From Frankiales bacterium (GTDB lineage: Bacteria; Actinomycetota; Actinomycetes; Mycobacteriales; SCTD01), in assembly GCA_025465135.1 (NCBI GenBank), contig JAODNA010000049.1, forward strand, positions 44,507 to 108,506: a stretch of DNA of 64,000 nt. Direction: 5' to 3'. Below, in pieces: positions 34,845-39,783 of this stretch (positions are counted from its first letter, which is position 1; each line of letters begins with the position of its first letter). Made by a program: the position numbers and the translations under genes. The notes beneath the pieces were generated by a model that was given only the letters and a program-made list of their open reading frames with translations, was not told the DNA's origin and did not search any database.

Positions 34845-35000
34845 GTGGCGGACCGGCACGCGCTGCTGCTGATGTTCACGGGCGTGGCGGTCGCGGGTGC
34901 CGCGTTCTTGTTACTCAGCCTGGCATTGGCTGTGGCTACTCGGGGACTCGCCGGTGGGGCAGTAGTCGTTTCAGTAGCTATGGGAGGTCTGGCCTCGTGA
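34845..35000 (+). CDS. Candidate 51-aa two-helix membrane peptide (not in ORF track)
   Basis: GTG 34845 lies 4 nt after GGAGGG. The translation is VADRHALLLMFTGVAVAGAAFLLLSLALAVATRGLAGGAVVVSVAMGGLAS*. Codons such as TTA, GTA, GTT and TCA are atypical for this genome, so this is a weak call. Confidence 0.25.
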   Translation: MADRHALLLMFTGVAVAGAAFLLLSLALAVATRGLAGGAVVVSVAMGGLAS

Positions 35001-35103
35001 CACGCCGTGGTCGTCATCAATCCGCGCTGGCAGACCGGGTCGGGCACCGACGCCAGACTGCCCGGACATAAAGCTCGGCAGTCGCCTCTCGATATGCCTT
35101 GGG

Positions 35104-35610
35104 TCAGCAGCGGGTGGCCGCCTTGTCCACTTCTTGGCTGCCCGCCTGTAGGTGCACCTGAAGTCGTTGTCGGGCCCGGTGGATGCGTACTCGCACAGTG
35201 CCCGGGCTCCTGCCGAGGACAGTCGCGATCTCCGCGGGCGTGAGCTGGTCGTAGACCATGAGCTCGATGAGCTCACGGTCGCTCGGCGACAGCTTGCTGA
35301 GTAGTTCGCTGACGTGCAGGTCGTCGAGCGAAGGCTCGTATTGCTCCACCACCTGCTCTCGTAGGCGTTCAGCGAGGGAGTTCTGCACCTGCTTACCCCG
35401 GCGGTGTGCCGCGAGCACTTTTCGGGCGACCCCGAAGAGCCAGAGGCGTGGGTTGTCGTGGGACACCCCACGGTGCCGCCAGGCCACGACGAAGACGTCA
35501 GACAGCAGATCCGCTGCATCCGCTGGCTGCTGGACTCGTCGCAAGAAGTAGCGCAGCACATCATCTCGGTTAGCTTCGTACAGCTGGGCGAACGGCTCGT
35601 CGTCGGTCAC
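35104..35610 (-). CDS. ECF sigma factor 7 (distinct subfamily)
   Basis: Lies in ORF 35104..35820. GTG 35610 forms a GTGA overlap with the stop of P7. Region 2 is FAQLYEANRDDVLRYFLRRV...AADLLSDVFVVAWRHR. Region 4 is SDRELIELMVYDQLTPAEIATVLGRSPGTVRVRIHRARQRL. Confidence 0.85.
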   Translation of the reverse strand: MTDDEPFAQLYEANRDDVLRYFLRRVQQPADAADLLSDVFVVAWRHRGVSHDNPRLWLFGVARKVLAAHRRGKQVQNSLAERLREQVVEQYEPSLDDLHVSELLSKLSPSDRELIELMVYDQLTPAEIATVLGRSPGTVRVRIHRARQRLQVHLQAGSQEVDKAATRC

Positions 35611-36266
35611 GAGGCCGGCCACGGCCGGGGGTCGGGGCAGTTGATGTCGACGTATTGCTGCAGCGGCGCGGGGTCGCCCTGCTGGGCTTGTTCGACCAGC
35701 CGGAGGTTGTAGGAGCGCAGGTTGATCCGGCGAGCGAGGTCTGAGTCCGCCAAGCGCCTCATGTGCTCGAGCGCGCCGGGGTCGGTCGTCGACGTCCGCG
35801 CCCACGAGCAGAAGGCCCACGACAGCCCCGAGCCCCGGACGCCGGTGACCTGCATGACGTAGCCGCGACCGCGCAGCTCAGGGGCGGTATCGGCGTCCAT
35901 GCGACGAGGGTCGAGTAGCCCCAGGTACATCTGCGCGGAGTAGCCCGGCGCATAGTCGAAACCCGACGTGTAGCGCAGGGCGACGTCCCGGAAGTCGGGA
36001 GCATTGAGGTCTAGGTATTCGCTCGTGTCGTTCTCGGTCGCGCCCGGCAGGCCGAACAGACCGGTGTGGCTGCCGCCGGTCGCTACCGCTACGCCGCCAA
36101 TGCCCATGACAGCCGCGCTGACCGCGCCGATGGCGACGAAACGACGGCGGCGGCTCGACGCAGGGCGGATCTGCCTCACGGCAGCGAGGAGTCCCTCGTA
36201 GCCCTCCTCGCAGCTCAGCTCGACGGGACTCAGGCGGGCACGGAGCTCGTCCACTACATCGGTCAT
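35607..36266 (-). CDS. ECF cassette 7 partner P7: single-pass membrane protein, encoded UPSTREAM of its sigma
   Basis: The N-terminus is MTDVVDELRARLSPVEL...PASSRRRRF followed by the TM VAIGAVSAAVMGIGGVAVA, then an ectodomain of about 155 aa. Confidence 0.75.
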   Translation of the reverse strand: MTDVVDELRARLSPVELSCEEGYEGLLAAVRQIRPASSRRRRFVAIGAVSAAVMGIGGVAVATGGSHTGLFGLPGATENDTSEYLDLNAPDFRDVALRYTSGFDYAPGYSAQMYLGLLDPRRMDADTAPELRGRGYVMQVTGVRGSGLSWAFCSWARTSTTDPGALEHMRRLADSDLARRINLRSYNLRLVEQAQQGDPAPLQQYVDINCPDPRPWPAS

Positions 36267-36449
36267 GCCCCTACCTGTCTGCAGGACGGCGCATCGTTAC
36301 ATCGCATTGACATCCTTTTACGAGGACGCTTCGGTCCAGCGCGAGGCGCACGCTCCGGCGCTACCGACGCGGATGGCAGCGCCCCGTCTGAAGCGCAGCT
36401 GCCTGACACCTGTGTAGACCGCCGCTCTGCCGAGCGCCAGGATTGACTG

Positions 36450-36773
36450 ATGCGCAGGGGGCTGGTGTCGCTTGGTGTGGCCCTCGGGCTGAGCCTCGGC
36501 ACTGCGGCGCTCTTGCTCGTCCCTAGCCGCGTGCACGTGGCGAGCAGCACGATGCCCCAACTGGTGGGGCAGACCCAGGTGCAGACGGCCCCGGCCCAGA
36601 CACTCGACTGCGGCTCGGTTATCAGCCCTGGACCACAGTGGAGCTCAGAAGGAGGCACCTGTCAGGCAGTGATCAGCGGGCGGCGATCGGATGCGCTGGC
36701 CGTCGGCGTCCTTGCCTCGTTGGCCGTCACTACGGCCGCGATCCGGCTCGCTGTACCCGGACGACGACGCTAG
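36450..36773 (+). CDS. Small hypothetical protein with N- and C-terminal hydrophobic segments
   Basis: The N-terminus is MRRGLVSLGVALGLSLGTAALLLV and the C-terminus is ALAVGVLASLAVTTAAIRLAVPGRRR. No domain. Confidence 0.45.
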   Translation: MRRGLVSLGVALGLSLGTAALLLVPSRVHVASSTMPQLVGQTQVQTAPAQTLDCGSVISPGPQWSSEGGTCQAVISGRRSDALAVGVLASLAVTTAAIRLAVPGRRR

Positions 36774-36831
36774 TCGCGCGCTTCCGGGAGAACGGCTCGA
36801 TGCGACTCGCCGACAACCGGCGCTGCAGTTG

Positions 36832-37491
36832 CTAGCTCGACCTCACGCAGTTCCGTGCACCGATGGTCGTCGTGGCGCCAGGCTGCTGCGTGCGGTCGAC
36901 GGTCGTCCCTGCGTACAACCCGGTGCTCTGGGTCGCAAGAGTCCCCACCCCCGTCACGGTATCCACGCTGATCTTGCTGATCTTGTCTCCCGCGCGTGTG
37001 TGCCCGATGAGATCCCGCGGCAGCACGATACGCACTTCGTTGGTGGTCGGATCGAACTCACCAGTCACCGGGATCGTGGCGGTGAAGCCGGGGGCGGCCT
37101 GCTTCTCCGCGAAGTCTCCGGCAACCCAGAACTGAAGCCCGTCGATCGCCCTGGCCGCGGTGGCCGCGAACCCCCCGCCGCGAAAGGTGAAGTAAACGAC
37201 CCATTGGTCGAGCCGGGGACCGGCATCGACGGCTGTTCCCAGCCCGGCTACCCGCACGACGAGGGTGAGGTTCCGGGCCCCGGACGCAACGTCCGCCGAC
37301 AGAACGTCGAGGGCAGGGTCGTTCGGCGTCGCAGACGGCACCCTGCTGGACAGAGAAGCGTCACCCGCGGGGTCGGTAACGAGTCGACAGGGCACGACGC
37401 CAGCAGGCGCTGCCGTCGCGCTTCCCGCCATGAGCAGGCCAGCCGTTACTGCCGCAGCCGGCGCGACGCGCAACAGCTTGGTCCACCGCAC
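36832..37491 (-). CDS. Secreted hypothetical protein
   Basis: Lies in ORF 36832..37629. GTG 37491 gives VRWTKLLRVAPAAAVTAGLLMAGSATAAPA (signal peptide). The body is beta-rich. Confidence 0.65.
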   Translation of the reverse strand: MRWTKLLRVAPAAAVTAGLLMAGSATAAPAGVVPCRLVTDPAGDASLSSRVPSATPNDPALDVLSADVASGARNLTLVVRVAGLGTAVDAGPRLDQWVVYFTFRGGGFAATAARAIDGLQFWVAGDFAEKQAAPGFTATIPVTGEFDPTTNEVRIVLPRDLIGHTRAGDKISKISVDTVTGVGTLATQSTGLYAGTTVDRTQQPGATTTIGARNCVRSS

Positions 37492-37677
37492 GGCCGTCCC
37501 CCCGGGTACGCAGTCGGATAGCGATTCGACAGCGGATCGGCGAATCCTGCACCGGCCGTTCGTGCCGCTCGGCGGGAGGCAGCCTCGACTTGCTGGGCGC
37601 CGGGCAGACTTCTGCTCGGACCGGTGCATACAGCGGAGAGGGCGCGACGGAGGGTGCCGCGGTTGGCTCGTCCGCGA

Positions 37678-37956
37678 TTAGCGGCCGAGCTGGGTAGGCG
37701 AGCACTCGCCCTCCTCCCCACGTACAGATCCGCTCCCGCTGGAAGGACCTTGGTCGTGCCATTCGGACCAGGCCGCCGCAGCCGCCATGGAGCTGACCGC
37801 AGCTGCGCTCGCGACGTCCGATGCATCGAAGAAGTGCACGCCGAGCAGGTGCTCGTTGATGACGATCAACAGCGACCCAACGAACGCATAGATCGGGACC
37901 GGCCAAGGCAGCGCAAACAAGATGGCCGAGGTACAGCGGCGTCTCCGTTCCTCCAC
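37678..37956 (-). CDS. Possible small membrane protein
   Basis: 92-aa ORF with one hydrophobic segment (AILFALPWPVPIYAFVGSLLIVI). Third-position G/C is high by eye and the stop is TAA. It sits in an otherwise unexplained 550-bp divergent gap. Confidence 0.3.
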   Translation of the reverse strand: MEERRRRCTSAILFALPWPVPIYAFVGSLLIVINEHLLGVHFFDASDVASAAAVSSMAAAAAWSEWHDQGPSSGSGSVRGEEGECSPTQLGR

Positions 37957-38043
37957 GGATGCAAGGACGCGGGGCTTGCCAGGTCGGTTCCGTGGGTGGA
38001 ACTACTCAGGTCCGCATGGCCCGGTCGCATCACGATTGCGGAC

Positions 38044-38385
38044 ATGGCCACTCCTCGGATCTCCGATGTCACGCCCCGCTTCACGTCATTGCTGCTTGCC
38101 GCCGGACCGCTCCTGTCACTGCTGCTGGCGCTGCCGCTGCTGCAGGCGGCCGCTCGTCACGATCGGCACTGGCGGACGACCACGAACGGTGTCGTCGACC
38201 ATCGAGTTGGCGCCGGTCTCTTCGTGCTCTACGGCCTCGCCGCAGCGACGCCGACATTCGCCACGGCCGCGTTCGGACCGCGCCATCGGGTGGGGGCAGC
38301 CTGGATGGCGGCGTGTGTCCTGGGACTGGCCGTACTCTGCGAGCTCGTCGTCTCCGTCGCCCCTGAGCCCTGGTTCACCTTCTAA
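38044..38385 (+). CDS. Small hypothetical membrane protein (3-4 TM)
   Basis: Lies in ORF 37624..38385. ATG 38044 gives MATPRISDVTPRFTSLLLAAGPLLSLLLALPLL, followed by GLFVLYGLAAATPTF and AAWMAACVLGLAVLCELVV. Confidence 0.55.
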   Translation: MATPRISDVTPRFTSLLLAAGPLLSLLLALPLLQAAARHDRHWRTTTNGVVDHRVGAGLFVLYGLAAATPTFATAAFGPRHRVGAAWMAACVLGLAVLCELVVSVAPEPWFTF

Positions 38386-38520
38386 CGAAGCGAAGAGCGA
38401 CGTCGCGCGACACAGCTCCTCAGGGCCCAGGAGGGTCCGTGACGGCGGCTAGGCGCGCAGGATGGCGATGCTCTGCGTCAGGACGGACCGTTGACCGCTA
38501 GACGACGGCGCCGGGCCGCT

Positions 38521-38545
38521 CGCGGACACAGCGGTCGTGTCCGCG
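38521..38545 (+). promoter_or_regulatory. Perfect 9-bp inverted repeat (7-nt spacer) at the arr start region
   Basis: CGCGGACAC-agcggtc-GTGTCCGCG. The right arm begins with the longest-ORF GTG (38537). It lies 22 nt upstream of the alternative GTG 38567. Confidence 0.35.
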
Positions 38546-39040
38546 GCGCGTGCGACGATCCTCTTCGTGCCAGACGACTTCGATCCGCCGCCGCCCGCGA
38601 CACTGGCAGACCACGGCCATGTGGGTGGGCCGTTCCTCCACGGCACCAAGGTCCCCTTCGCGCCTGGCGAGCTCGTTCTGCCCAGGCGACCCTCGCACTT
38701 CCGTCCCGCCCGCCCGCTGGAGCACGTCTACTTCACGACGCGAAGCGAGACAGCCGTTTGGGGTGCAGAGCTCGCAGCCGCGCTCGCCCCCGACGGCGTG
38801 GACGGGGTTTCGATGCCCCGCATCTACAAGGTCGAGCCGCTCGGCCCGTTCGAGGACGACCCGAACGTCACGGACCGCCGGTTCCCCGGAAACCCGACCC
38901 GGTCCTACAGATCCCGCGAGCCACTCCGCGTCCTCGCTGAGGTCTCGGAGTGGACCGGGCACACCGACGACGAACTACAGCGGATGCTCACGTCGCTGGC
39001 CGGGCTGCGCGCTCAGGGCCTGGACCTCGTCCAGGACTAG
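38537..39040 (+). CDS. arr: NAD(+)-rifampin ADP-ribosyltransferase (Arr)
   Basis: Near-colinear with my recollection of M. smegmatis Arr. Matching stretches are GPFLHGTK, HVYFT, AVWGAELAA, YKVEPLGPFEDDPNVTDRRFPGNPTRSYRSREPLRV and LAGLRAQGL. The start is GTG 38537 or, closer to Arr-ms length, GTG 38567. Confidence 0.92.
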   Translation: MSAARATILFVPDDFDPPPPATLADHGHVGGPFLHGTKVPFAPGELVLPRRPSHFRPARPLEHVYFTTRSETAVWGAELAAALAPDGVDGVSMPRIYKVEPLGPFEDDPNVTDRRFPGNPTRSYRSREPLRVLAEVSEWTGHTDDELQRMLTSLAGLRAQGLDLVQD

Positions 39041-39259
39041 GCCACGAGCAGTCCTCTGGCAGCTCGTCAGGGTCGCTTTCGTGCTCCTGTTCGTAGTACA
39101 AGGCTCCATGCCATCAAACGCCATGACTACTTGATGGTCACTTCGATGGCGGTCGGGACTGCTGCCTTGATTTGGTCCGGCGTTCTGTCCGCGAGGTCCA
39201 GGCTCCGCCGCGGGTAGGTGCCTCGCAGCTCCCCCGGCACTCGAGAACGATACGGACGG

Positions 39260-39282
39260 AACCAACCGGCCCTCTGTGGTGT
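39260..39282 (+). promoter_or_regulatory. ECF-type promoter candidate for sigma-8 (GGAACC-N15-GTGT)
   Basis: The sequence is CGGAACC-aaccggccctctgtg-GTGTCTTGATGAG, followed by GTG 39292 (9 nt after GTGT). Confidence 0.45.
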
Positions 39283-39291
39283 CTTGATGAG

Positions 39292-39783
39292 GTGCCGATC
39301 GCCTTCGAGGAGTACGTCGCTGCGCGCTTCCCGGCGCTGCGACGGCTCGCCTATCTGCTGACCGGTGACTGGACCGAGGCAGAGGACCTCGTCCAGGACG
39401 CGCTCGTGCGCTGCGAGCGACGCTGGTCCGGGATCGCCACTGACGACCCGCACGCCTACGTGCGGCGTTCGGTGGTGAACGGTGCTGCGAACTGGCGGCG
39501 ACGCCGACGGATCGAGCTTCCACTCGACGAGGGCGGCGCCGTTGCTGACCACACGCCCGCCACGGATGAGCGTCTGGTCCTGCTGGAGGCACTGCGGCGC
39601 CTGCCTGTCGACCAGCGCCAGGTCCTCGCTCTGCGCTTCTTCGAGCAACTCAGCGAAGCCGAGACCGCCCATGCGCTCGACATCGCGCCGGGCACGGTCA
39701 AGAGCCGTACTTCTCGCGGCTTGGCGGCGCTGCGGGAGGCCGGTCTCACGGCCGGGTCGAAACGGATGGAGATCACGTCATGA
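39292..39783 (+). CDS. ECF sigma factor 8 (subfamily A)
   Basis: Lies in ORF 39172..39783. GTG 39292 gives VPIAFEEYVAARFPALRRLAYLLTGDWTEAEDLVQDALVRCERRWSGI...DPHAYVRRSVVN. Region 4 is DQRQVLALRFFEQLSEAETAHALDIAPGTVKSRTSRGLAALR. Confidence 0.9.
   Translation: MPIAFEEYVAARFPALRRLAYLLTGDWTEAEDLVQDALVRCERRWSGIATDDPHAYVRRSVVNGAANWRRRRRIELPLDEGGAVADHTPATDERLVLLEALRRLPVDQRQVLALRFFEQLSEAETAHALDIAPGTVKSRTSRGLAALREAGLTAGSKRMEITS

Noticed and set aside
36267-36450. ECF-type or housekeeping promoter for the P7-sigma-7 operon and the divergent 36450 gene
   Set aside because: The candidates (GTAAC-N17-ACAGGT, and GGACC...GATGTC) have wrong spacing or no -10 match. There is no AACC-N15-17-GTnT element, so no promoter is annotated.
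39041-39250. Terminator for arr (ACGAGC-N12-GCTCGT at 39044-39067; CCATCAA-N13-TTGATGG at 39111-39137)
   Set aside because: The stems are only 6-7 bp with large loops and there is no clear U-tract. This is not strong enough to annotate as a terminator, although the 250-bp arr/sigma-8 spacer is visibly less GC-rich than its flanks.
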